Source: a virus
Direction: 5' to 3' (one strand)
Virus record (IMG/VR): IMGVR_UViG_3300032291_002550
Span: 96,436-160,435 of that record
DNA length: 64,000 bases
Shown: one piece after another, positions 56,101-64,000 of the stretch
Position numbering within the stretch: position 1 is the stretch's first letter
How the letters are laid out: each line of letters opens with the position of its first letter
The notes under the pieces: model-generated
What the model was told of the DNA's origin: nothing
Database searches by the model: none
What the model saw: the letters and a program-made list of their open reading frames with translations, nothing else
Program-made: the position numbers and the translations under genes

Positions 56101-58782
56101 ATGTACAGAAAAGAACTGTTTTATAGAGGCTTAACTCAACTTCCAGTATATATTGAAGACACTTTACAAAATTCTCCATATTATTTTAATATTGTAGACA
56201 TACCTAAAGTATTCGGTCCTGGAAAAAACTCAATTAGATTTAATTTAAACGAAAATAATCTTGACATTTATAATGATGTAGATGTTGAGATTATTGATTC
56301 GTATGGAAATACCGTATATCATGAAGCACCTGAATACTTTCAAAGTGATGAAGAAAATATTAGAGTATTAACTGTATATCTTTATGGAAATATATCTAAC
56401 GGCCCTTTACAAATAACCTTTGTAGGGCATGCAAAAACAGGGCTAAATGGAGAAGAAATACCTGATGAATTTAAAACTAAGTATAATGTACGTTATACAA
56501 CTATAGTAGATTTTAACCGATTCCAAAAAAATACAAGCAGAATATTATTTGCAACATCTCCGAATATATCTATAACAGAAGCAAGAACAGCATATGTTAG
56601 TAGAAGTTTAAGTCCGATAGATACGATAACAGTTTCTGGAAGTGGAATATATCGTTATCAACAATCATATCCGTTATTAGAATTATCTCCTAGCAATACA
56701 TTTATAAATGATATGCTTAACGGAGTATTAACATTAACAGGCTCATCAATTTTACCCGATTTCAGTGGATATACAACATCTAGTTTTAATATATTTAATT
56801 CTAGAATAACAAACATTTACAATTCACAAGTAGCTATTTTAAGCTCGCCATGGACGGCATCTATACTTGATCAAGGGGCTTCACCTTCATATGGATTAGT
56901 TAATAATGCAAATGTAAATTATACATTAACATATAATCCAACACCAAATTATACTCCTATAAATAATTTTAAATCATTTATAAATTTAAAGATATCTAAT
57001 TTAGAACCAGCATCTGGATACTTAAAATATATAAAATTATACGGAAAGAGTCAAGGAAGTCTAGACCAATATGAATTATTAGGAGAATCATTAACAGAAA
57101 ACTCAGAGCTATTAATTAATAGTGCTTCATATACACAATTTGATAGAAGCAATGTAGGTTATTTTTTAAATACATCTTCGTTCCAAAGCTTTTGGAACTA
57201 TAATAATACATATCTATCCGCTTCATTTAATACATCTAGTTTATTTAATTCATTATACTTAACGCCTTTAGTAGATACTACATTAAATAATGTTTTATTT
57301 ACTAGTAATGTAGATATTAACTTTCAAAAAGGGTCTTCATACAGATTATACTTTAACTATGTAAAGGATACAAACTTTATATTAGAAGTATATATGTCTG
57401 GGTCTGCATTTATAGATAAGGCAGGGAATGGTCAAAGAGTTTTTTATTTAGATTCAACAAACTTCGGTCCTACAAATTTAAACTTTCCTATAGATTTTTT
57501 AGCTTCGCAAACAGGCACTGGCAGATTACAATTTAAAATAATAACGGGCAGTTTTTATATAAGTGATATTTCATTAAAATCTGGTATTGATCAAGGATTT
57601 AATCCTTCAAACTTTAATTCATATTTTCCAATTAACGTAAAAAATCGTAATGACGTATATGATTTTAAAGTAGACTTTATTGATGATAATAATCAAATCA
57701 ATAGTTATGAATTTGATAATACAGGGGCTGTAAATATTCAAGTATCTGGAAGTAATCAATACATAAGTGGTAATGATAATTTATTACCCGGAAGATTAAA
57801 TCTCGGAGAATCTTCTAATAGTGGTATTTCATTAAATGGAAGTACTAACACGATATCTACGCATGGATATCAAAGTGGCAGTGGATGGATATTTTGGTCT
57901 GGAAGTCAATCTATAAGTGGAAGTAATCAACCAGGCTCAGGATTTTATTTTGAAACAGGCGCGCCGTATAATCATTACATAAAAGCAGCAGTCGGTGGTC
58001 AAGTACAAATAAGCGGAAGTATAGCCGGCGCAACGGGAGGTACTACTATCGACACTGGCTCATTTGTAAAGACGGGTTCATTTAATTCATTTACTAGCTC
58101 TATTAACAATATAACTGGCTCATTCGTTACTACTAGTTCATTTAATTCCTATACGTCAAGTGTAAAACCGGCTATCGATAGTATAGCAGATAAAGCTAGT
58201 TTAACAGGAGACAATACTTTTTCTGGAATTAATACATTTACCGGAGGTAGTGATACTAGATCTAGCGTTGTATTTTCTGGTTATAATGAGCGCGGTGGAA
58301 CAGGATATCATGGGTATTATGAAGTAGAAAATACGTACGGCAGCGCAACTAACCCAAAAAAGTTTTTTAGAATAAATGATACCGGTCGATGGGAAGTTAT
58401 AAATAGCGCATATAGCGAAGTTATATTAGGTCTTACGGATGCAGGAGTATTTGATACGCCGGGAGGAGGAACTTCAGACCGCAGAACTAAAAATAATATC
58501 GAATATATTAATAATGATGCATCCTCGATTATTAATCAACTAAGACCGGTTAAGTTTGAATTTAAAAGAAACCCGGGCAAAACAAGACATGGATTTATAG
58601 CTCAAGATATATTAGAAATAAAGCCTGATTTGGTATTAGGAGACGGTGATAAAGAAAATGGGACATATGGCTTAGATTATGATGGAATTTTAGCATTAAC
58701 AGTAAAAGCTTTACAAGAATCTAATAAAAAAATATTTGAATTAGAGACTATGATAAAAGAATTACAAAATAAAATTAAATAA
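56101..58782 (+). CDS. tail fibre/virion protein with C-terminal S74 intramolecular chaperone
   Basis: TSDRRTKNNI...L.PV.F...GFIAQD...P..V...YD......VKALQE. Confidence 0.8.
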   Translation: MYRKELFYRGLTQLPVYIEDTLQNSPYYFNIVDIPKVFGPGKNSIRFNLNENNLDIYNDVDVEIIDSYGNTVYHEAPEYFQSDEENIRVLTVYLYGNISNGPLQITFVGHAKTGLNGEEIPDEFKTKYNVRYTTIVDFNRFQKNTSRILFATSPNISITEARTAYVSRSLSPIDTITVSGSGIYRYQQSYPLLELSPSNTFINDMLNGVLTLTGSSILPDFSGYTTSSFNIFNSRITNIYNSQVAILSSPWTASILDQGASPSYGLVNNANVNYTLTYNPTPNYTPINNFKSFINLKISNLEPASGYLKYIKLYGKSQGSLDQYELLGESLTENSELLINSASYTQFDRSNVGYFLNTSSFQSFWNYNNTYLSASFNTSSLFNSLYLTPLVDTTLNNVLFTSNVDINFQKGSSYRLYFNYVKDTNFILEVYMSGSAFIDKAGNGQRVFYLDSTNFGPTNLNFPIDFLASQTGTGRLQFKIITGSFYISDISLKSGIDQGFNPSNFNSYFPINVKNRNDVYDFKVDFIDDNNQINSYEFDNTGAVNIQVSGSNQYISGNDNLLPGRLNLGESSNSGISLNGSTNTISTHGYQSGSGWIFWSGSQSISGSNQPGSGFYFETGAPYNHYIKAAVGGQVQISGSIAGATGGTTIDTGSFVKTGSFNSFTSSINNITGSFVTTSSFNSYTSSVKPAIDSIADKASLTGDNTFSGINTFTGGSDTRSSVVFSGYNERGGTGYHGYYEVENTYGSATNPKKFFRINDTGRWEVINSAYSEVILGLTDAGVFDTPGGGTSDRRTKNNIEYINNDASSIINQLRPVKFEFKRNPGKTRHGFIAQDILEIKPDLVLGDGDKENGTYGLDYDGILALTVKALQESNKKIFELETMIKELQNKIK

Positions 58783-58796
58783 AATATTTATAATAT

Positions 58797-61250
58797 ATGA
58801 AAAATAAAACTATAGCAATTTATCCTGGAAGATTTCAGCCTTTCGGAAAACATCATGCAGCTGCATTTATGTGGCTTCAAAATAAATTTGGAAAAGAAAA
58901 TACGTATATCGTAACATCAAATAAAGTAGACCCGGAAAAATCTCCTTTTAATTTTACCGAAAAGAAAGCCATTATGGAGCTTTATGGCATTAACCCTTCT
59001 CATATTATTGAAGTAAAGAATCCGTACAGTCCCGCAGAACTATATAGCCAAATTGACCCGGAAACTACATCGGTAGTATTCATGGTTGGAGAAAAAGATA
59101 TGGGAGAAGACCCTAGATTTAAAATAGGTCCTAAAAAAGACAGAAGTCCTAGTTTTTTTCAAAGTTATAAAGGAAATGAAAATAATCTGCAACCATTATC
59201 TAAACATGGATATTTAATTACTGCACCACATATTTCATTAAAAGTGCCTGGGTATGGAGAAATGTCTGGAACAGAAATAAGAAAGGCATTAGGAGATACA
59301 ACAAAATCACGAGAAGAAAAGAAAGAAATATTTCAAGAAATATTTGGTTGGTATTCAGAAAAAATGGCTAACTATATATTTGATAAATTAGAAAATAAAA
59401 TGACTGAAAAATTTAGTAAAGATTGGTGGTTAGATAAACTACTTCAAGAAGATTGCTGGGATGGATATAAACAAATTGGTATGAAGAAAAAAGGAAAGAA
59501 ACAAGTTCCTAATTGTGTACCTATTAATGAGTATGATTTAGTTACATGCGAAATTTGTGGTGAACAAATGAAACAGATAACTCCAAACCATTTAAAATAC
59601 AAACATCAAAGTACTTTAAAGGAATATATAATTTCATACCCAACATCGAAATTATTATCAGATTCTTTAAGAAAAGAATTAAGAGATAAAAACCCCATGA
59701 AGTCATCAAACTCTATAAAAAAAATAGCAGAGACTAAATTACAAAAACATGGCAATCCTAACTATAATAATATTGAGAAACAAAAATCTACAATTAAAGA
59801 ACGATATAATATTAGTAATATTATGCAATTACCGCATAATATTGAAAGAGCTAAAAAGCAACTAGATTTAATTAGAGAAAGAAAATATTTATCTGGAGAA
59901 TGGATACCGGCAGAATTAAAAGAAGGATATATCGGGTATAGAGATGTGGTACGATTATTGACCGAACAGACATTTAAAAAATATTATTATGAAATTAATA
60001 ACTCAGATAAAAGGTCTAAAGAATGGCATTTAGATCATAAATATTCTATTAAAGATGGTTATATGAATGGAATTCCGGCATGGATGTTAGCTATAAAAGA
60101 AAATTTAGAAATTGTGCATCATACAATTAATGAATCTAAAAATTCAAAATCTACAATTGGAATTAATGAATTAATTATACATGCTTTAGAAAGTGCCGGT
60201 GGCAGTTCTATACAATTATTATTGTGCGGAGGTGCAGCCGGTCATATGAAACATCCTTTTGATTTACCCCAAGTAACATCTGGTAAAGATTTAATTAATG
60301 TTTTTGAAGATTCTGCTACGTACTTAACTACAAACCCAGCAGCAATAAAAATTGATGGAGTAAATGCATCAGTTAGATTAGTTATATTAGATGGTCAAAG
60401 ACAGTTTGTTTTAGATAGAGGCTCGATGAAACCTTTAGATGTTAAAGGAATTACAAAAGCAGATTTATTAGATAGATTTGGAGAAGGACATGGATTTATT
60501 CAAACAGGTGGTAAAGTATTAGATATTTTTAATGATTCATTACCTAGCATTCAACAAGAATTAAAAGCATTAGGAATGTGGGATAACCCAAATATAATGT
60601 TTAATGTTGAATATGTTGCTGGAAGTACTAACGTATTATCCTATGCTAAAAACTTTTTAGCTATTCATGGTTTATTAGAATTATTTCAAGCTACGCCAAA
60701 AAGAAGAGAATCAAAGGAAATTCCATATAATAAAAAAGCATTAGAATCTTTAGTAGCAAAAATGAATCCAATTGCAGAGAAATCTGGATTTGAAGTAGTA
60801 CATGAATTCACTACTAGACCATCTAAACCAGCAAATTTAAGTTCAGTATTAAATCAAAAGCATACTATTATCATTAATGGTAAAAAAGAATCTAAATCAT
60901 TAAAACAATGGTTAGATGAAATTCAAACAATACCTAGTGGGCAAAAAGTAACTTTAATAGATGATAAAGCAGTTGGCGCAGTATCTAAAGAAATATTAAT
61001 GAGATTATCAGGAAATAATAATATTAATGAAGTAGTAAAAGATCCTGCAGATTATAAAGCAGCAATTGATGGATATTTTATTTATCTAGCAACAATGTTA
61101 TTAGGAGATGAAGTATTAGAATCAATTACCTCAGATTTAGGAGATAGTAAAGACCAAGAAGGTATCGTAGTAAGAGGATTATATCCAGATGTATTTAAGA
61201 TAACTGGGTCATTTATTATAAAAGGCATGGAAAGTCAATTTAGAAAATAA
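58797..61250 (+). CDS. multidomain protein: cytidylyltransferase-like + CW.GY motif + HNH nuclease + C-terminal ligase-like domain
   Basis: PGRFQPFGKHH; CWDGYKQ...VPNCVP; CEIC..H...H and HLDH..N..N.SK; GGAAGHMKHPFD, KIDG, EGIVVR. Confidence 0.7.
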   Translation: MKNKTIAIYPGRFQPFGKHHAAAFMWLQNKFGKENTYIVTSNKVDPEKSPFNFTEKKAIMELYGINPSHIIEVKNPYSPAELYSQIDPETTSVVFMVGEKDMGEDPRFKIGPKKDRSPSFFQSYKGNENNLQPLSKHGYLITAPHISLKVPGYGEMSGTEIRKALGDTTKSREEKKEIFQEIFGWYSEKMANYIFDKLENKMTEKFSKDWWLDKLLQEDCWDGYKQIGMKKKGKKQVPNCVPINEYDLVTCEICGEQMKQITPNHLKYKHQSTLKEYIISYPTSKLLSDSLRKELRDKNPMKSSNSIKKIAETKLQKHGNPNYNNIEKQKSTIKERYNISNIMQLPHNIERAKKQLDLIRERKYLSGEWIPAELKEGYIGYRDVVRLLTEQTFKKYYYEINNSDKRSKEWHLDHKYSIKDGYMNGIPAWMLAIKENLEIVHHTINESKNSKSTIGINELIIHALESAGGSSIQLLLCGGAAGHMKHPFDLPQVTSGKDLINVFEDSATYLTTNPAAIKIDGVNASVRLVILDGQRQFVLDRGSMKPLDVKGITKADLLDRFGEGHGFIQTGGKVLDIFNDSLPSIQQELKALGMWDNPNIMFNVEYVAGSTNVLSYAKNFLAIHGLLELFQATPKRRESKEIPYNKKALESLVAKMNPIAEKSGFEVVHEFTTRPSKPANLSSVLNQKHTIIINGKKESKSLKQWLDEIQTIPSGQKVTLIDDKAVGAVSKEILMRLSGNNNINEVVKDPADYKAAIDGYFIYLATMLLGDEVLESITSDLGDSKDQEGIVVRGLYPDVFKITGSFIIKGMESQFRK

Positions 61251-61264
61251 TTATATAAAAGGTT

Positions 61265-61873
61265 ATGGCAAAGAAATTACAAAACATTAGAGCGATAAAT
61301 CAAATGCTCTCGGGAACTCATAAGTCTCAAAACAAAACAACAGTTGGTTATCAGTCTAAAGAAGAAGATAGAAATATTGGAGATAAATGGATTGATAATA
61401 ACGGAATTCAATGGGAACAAAAGGACGGTTATAAGGTTAGTTCAGCAAAAGCATTAGAAGCAGTTATGGCAGCAATTAAAGCATTAAAAATGCCTAATAC
61501 ATGCCCTAAATGTAATAATGAAATGAAAGATAATCAGTATAACAAGAAAATGTGGAAAGTTCATAAAATGTGCTTTGATTGTGTTATTGATATGGAACAT
61601 GAACATAGACTTAATGGTACATATGAACAGTATGAAAAGGATTTAATGAGAAAGAATATCGAAGCTTGGTTAATAGATGCAAGAGCGGAAATGAGTGCTA
61701 TTAAAGAGCTTTTAACTAAAGCAGAATTTGTAAACTCAGATGGTACTGTTGAAAAATGGGACACCCCTTGGAAAGGTAAAGAAGAAGAATTAGAAGAATT
61801 ATTAGAAAGAGACTTTCAAAAAGTAAAGGCTCAATTATTAGGAGAACCAATAAATGAAATCATCAATACTTAA
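61265..61873 (+). CDS. hypothetical zinc-binding protein
   Basis: CPKC...CFDC. Confidence 0.7.
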   Translation: MAKKLQNIRAINQMLSGTHKSQNKTTVGYQSKEEDRNIGDKWIDNNGIQWEQKDGYKVSSAKALEAVMAAIKALKMPNTCPKCNNEMKDNQYNKKMWKVHKMCFDCVIDMEHEHRLNGTYEQYEKDLMRKNIEAWLIDARAEMSAIKELLTKAEFVNSDGTVEKWDTPWKGKEEELEELLERDFQKVKAQLLGEPINEIINT

Positions 61874-62183
61874 TATTATTTACTTATTTATTTTTATTAT
61901 AATTTTCTTTTATCTTAAGTATTATATAACAAACTTAAACACAAATGTAAAGGATTTAAAACATGATATTGAATTGAGGGAAGCTCAAAACGATAGCATC
62001 GCGAAAAAATTAGATAGTATCGCAGTTAAAAAAGTAGAAGTAACTAACAGAATTGATAATAGAACAACTACTATTAATAATTTGCAAGAATCATTAAATA
62101 CATTACCTACGTATGATACTAGTCTAACGAATGCAGTAATGTTTTTACATACATTCGGAAATAAACAATTAAATTCACAATGA
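61854..62183 (+). CDS. membrane-anchored coiled-coil protein (possible spanin-like)
   Basis: N-terminal transmembrane helix followed by a coiled coil. Confidence 0.5.
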   Translation: MKSSILNIIYLFIFIIIFFYLKYYITNLNTNVKDLKHDIELREAQNDSIAKKLDSIAVKKVEVTNRIDNRTTTINNLQESLNTLPTYDTSLTNAVMFLHTFGNKQLNSQ

Positions 62184-62554
62184 AAAAAATAATACTTTTT
62201 ATAGTACTATGCCTAGGTTTAGGTATAAATATAAAAGCTCAAGTACCAGATACATGTTTTTCTAGAAGAAAAATTACGAATATATACAATAATATTAGAG
62301 TATTAGAACATAGAGATTCTATTCATACACAATTAATGGAAGAATATAAAAATCAATGCATTGATTTTAAATTAGCATTAAAATTAGATAGTATAACTAT
62401 TGAAGGATATAAAGTTCAAAATGCCAATTTAAATGCAAATGTAAATGATTGGAAACGAGCATACGAAACATCTAAACCAAAATGGTATGAAAAGCCACCG
62501 ATAATGTTATCTTCTGGCGCAATACTAACAATGTTCTTATTTAAATTATTTTAA
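62180..62554 (+). CDS. secreted/membrane protein (possible lysis accessory)
   Basis: Signal peptide, coiled coil, C-terminal hydrophobic helix. Confidence 0.5.
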   Translation: MKKIILFIVLCLGLGINIKAQVPDTCFSRRKITNIYNNIRVLEHRDSIHTQLMEEYKNQCIDFKLALKLDSITIEGYKVQNANLNANVNDWKRAYETSKPKWYEKPPIMLSSGAILTMFLFKLF

Positions 62555-62555
62555 T

Positions 62556-64000
62556 ATGGCTAATGTAAATGAATATCAAAATAAAGTTGTCCAAACTCCA
62601 CAAAATGTAAAGGATATTATAAAGGAGGAATATAAAAAATGTGCAAAGGACCCAGTGTACTTTATGCGTAAATATTGTTATATTCAACATCCTATGAAAG
62701 GCAAAATGCTTTTCGACCTTTATCCATTTCAAGAACAGTGCTTATATGACTTTAGAGATAATGATAGAAATATTATTTTAAAGTCACGTCAGTTAGGTAT
62801 TTCTACTTTATCTGCTGGATATACATTATGGTTAATGGTATTTCATGAAGATAAGAACTGCTTAACTATTGCTACGCGTCAAGAAGTAGCTAGAAACTTA
62901 GTAACTAAGGTAAGAGTTATGTATGATAATTTACCTAGTTGGCTAAAGCAAAATGCTCAATCTACAGAAGATAATAAATTATCATTACGTTTATCAAATG
63001 GTTCTCAAGTAAAAGCATCTTCTACATCAGTTTCTGCAGGTCGTTCTGAAGCAGTATCATTACTTATTATTGATGAGGCTGCATTTATTGATTCTAATAC
63101 AATTGAAGAATTGTGGGGTGGTTTGCAGCAAACAATGGCAACGGGTGGTAAATGTATTATGTTATCTACTCCCAATGGTATGGGTAACTTTTTCCATAGA
63201 ATGTGGCAAAGAGCAGAGGAAGGAGATAATAACTTTCATACTATTAAGTTACATTGGACAGTACATCCAGATAGAAATCAAACATGGAGAGATAAACAAT
63301 CTGCAGAATTAGGAGATAAATTAGCAGCTCAAGAATGTGATTGCGATTTTACTACATCTGGTAATACGGTTATTGACCCGATGATTTTAAAATGGTATTG
63401 GGAAGAATCTGGATTAGTTCATGACCCTATAGAAAAACGAGGATTTGATGGAAATATGTGGGTATGGAAGTATCCTGATATAAATAAGTCATATATGGTT
63501 GTAGCTGACGTTTCTCGTGGGGATGCATCTGATTATTCTTCATTTCATATTATTGACATTGAAACTGTAGAGCAATGTGCTACATATAAAGGAAAGTTAG
63601 ACCCTAGAGATTATGGAAATTTATTAGTAGCTGTAGCGACAGAATATAATGATGCTTTATTAGTAATAGAAAATTCAAATATTGGATGGGCTGCAATTCA
63701 GCCGGCTATTGATAGAGCATATGGAAATTTATTTTATAGTAGTGCAGATTTAGCTGTAGTTGATATTCAACAACAAATGGCGTCTGGATATGATTTAGCT
63801 ACGAAATCTAAAATGACCCCAGGATTTTCTCAAACATCAAAAAATAGACCATTAATTATATCTAAACTAGTAGAATATATGAGAGATAAATCTCCTATTA
63901 TTCATTGTAAACGAACAATTAATGAACTTCAAAATTTTATTTGGAATGGTTCTAGACCAGAAGCTCAATATGGATATAATGATGACTTAGTAATGGCATT
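62556..64000 (+). CDS. terL: terminase large subunit, T4 gp17-like (3' truncated; absent from the ORF track)
   Basis: My translation: KCAKDPVYF...LYPFQ...LKSRQLGIST...LLIIDEAAFI...LSTPNG...ADVSRGD..DYS...DDLVMA. Confidence 0.92.
   Translation, partial: MANVNEYQNKVVQTPQNVKDIIKEEYKKCAKDPVYFMRKYCYIQHPMKGKMLFDLYPFQEQCLYDFRDNDRNIILKSRQLGISTLSAGYTLWLMVFHEDKNCLTIATRQEVARNLVTKVRVMYDNLPSWLKQNAQSTEDNKLSLRLSNGSQVKASSTSVSAGRSEAVSLLIIDEAAFIDSNTIEELWGGLQQTMATGGKCIMLSTPNGMGNFFHRMWQRAEEGDNNFHTIKLHWTVHPDRNQTWRDKQSAELGDKLAAQECDCDFTTSGNTVIDPMILKWYWEESGLVHDPIEKRGFDGNMWVWKYPDINKSYMVVADVSRGDASDYSSFHIIDIETVEQCATYKGKLDPRDYGNLLVAVATEYNDALLVIENSNIGWAAIQPAIDRAYGNLFYSSADLAVVDIQQQMASGYDLATKSKMTPGFSQTSKNRPLIISKLVEYMRDKSPIIHCKRTINELQNFIWNGSRPEAQYGYNDDLVMA

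Noticed and set aside
59532-60224. Intein within 58797-61250
   Set aside because: No recognisable Hint-domain blocks or terminal His-Asn before the downstream Cys.
884-62732. All minus-strand ORFs in the track
   Set aside because: Short and antisense to convincing + strand genes or repeats, with low-complexity translations and no promoter motif.
63070-63312. 80-aa + strand ORF
   Set aside because: Out-of-frame shadow within the terminase large subunit gene starting at 62556.

Overview
AT-rich segment of a large T4-like (myovirus) phage, most likely infecting a Bacteroidota host: it has 21 fixed-spacing TAnnTTT-type promoters, a DUF4494-like gene and A-rich leaders without Shine-Dalgarno sites. 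All credible genes are on the + strand. Layout: (1) 1-19.5 kb early/accessory genes: MoxR AAA + vWA pair, phosphoesterase, HD/(p)ppGpp-hydrolase-like protein, a Prs-like + macro + HAD + NDT + NAMPT-like NAD/ADP-ribose island, RNA ligase and DksA/TraR-like protein, punctuated by five copies of a tRNA-shaped intercistronic element with no anticodon arm. (2) 19.5-28.2 kb non-coding RNA region: tmRNA with a 34-aa tag, an ~880-nt GOLLD-like RNA, ~25 tRNAs covering all 20 amino acids, several aberrant tRNA-like RNAs, and a Ro60/TROVE gene with three related Y-RNA-like elements, one containing a complete circularly permuted tRNA. (3) 28-38 kb metabolic/regulatory genes: thioredoxin, HPRT, UvsE, ClpP, HD protein and a gp55-like late sigma factor. 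(4) 38-64 kb baseplate/tail genes, Holliday junction resolvase, primase, a fused Mre11-Rad50, a tail fibre, a multidomain protein with an in-frame HNH nuclease, and the 5' part of the large terminase. The strongest novelty candidates are the Ro60-associated tRNA-containing Y-like RNAs and the dispersed tRNA-like punctuation elements. All protein and RNA calls were made by eye from motifs, with no database search.
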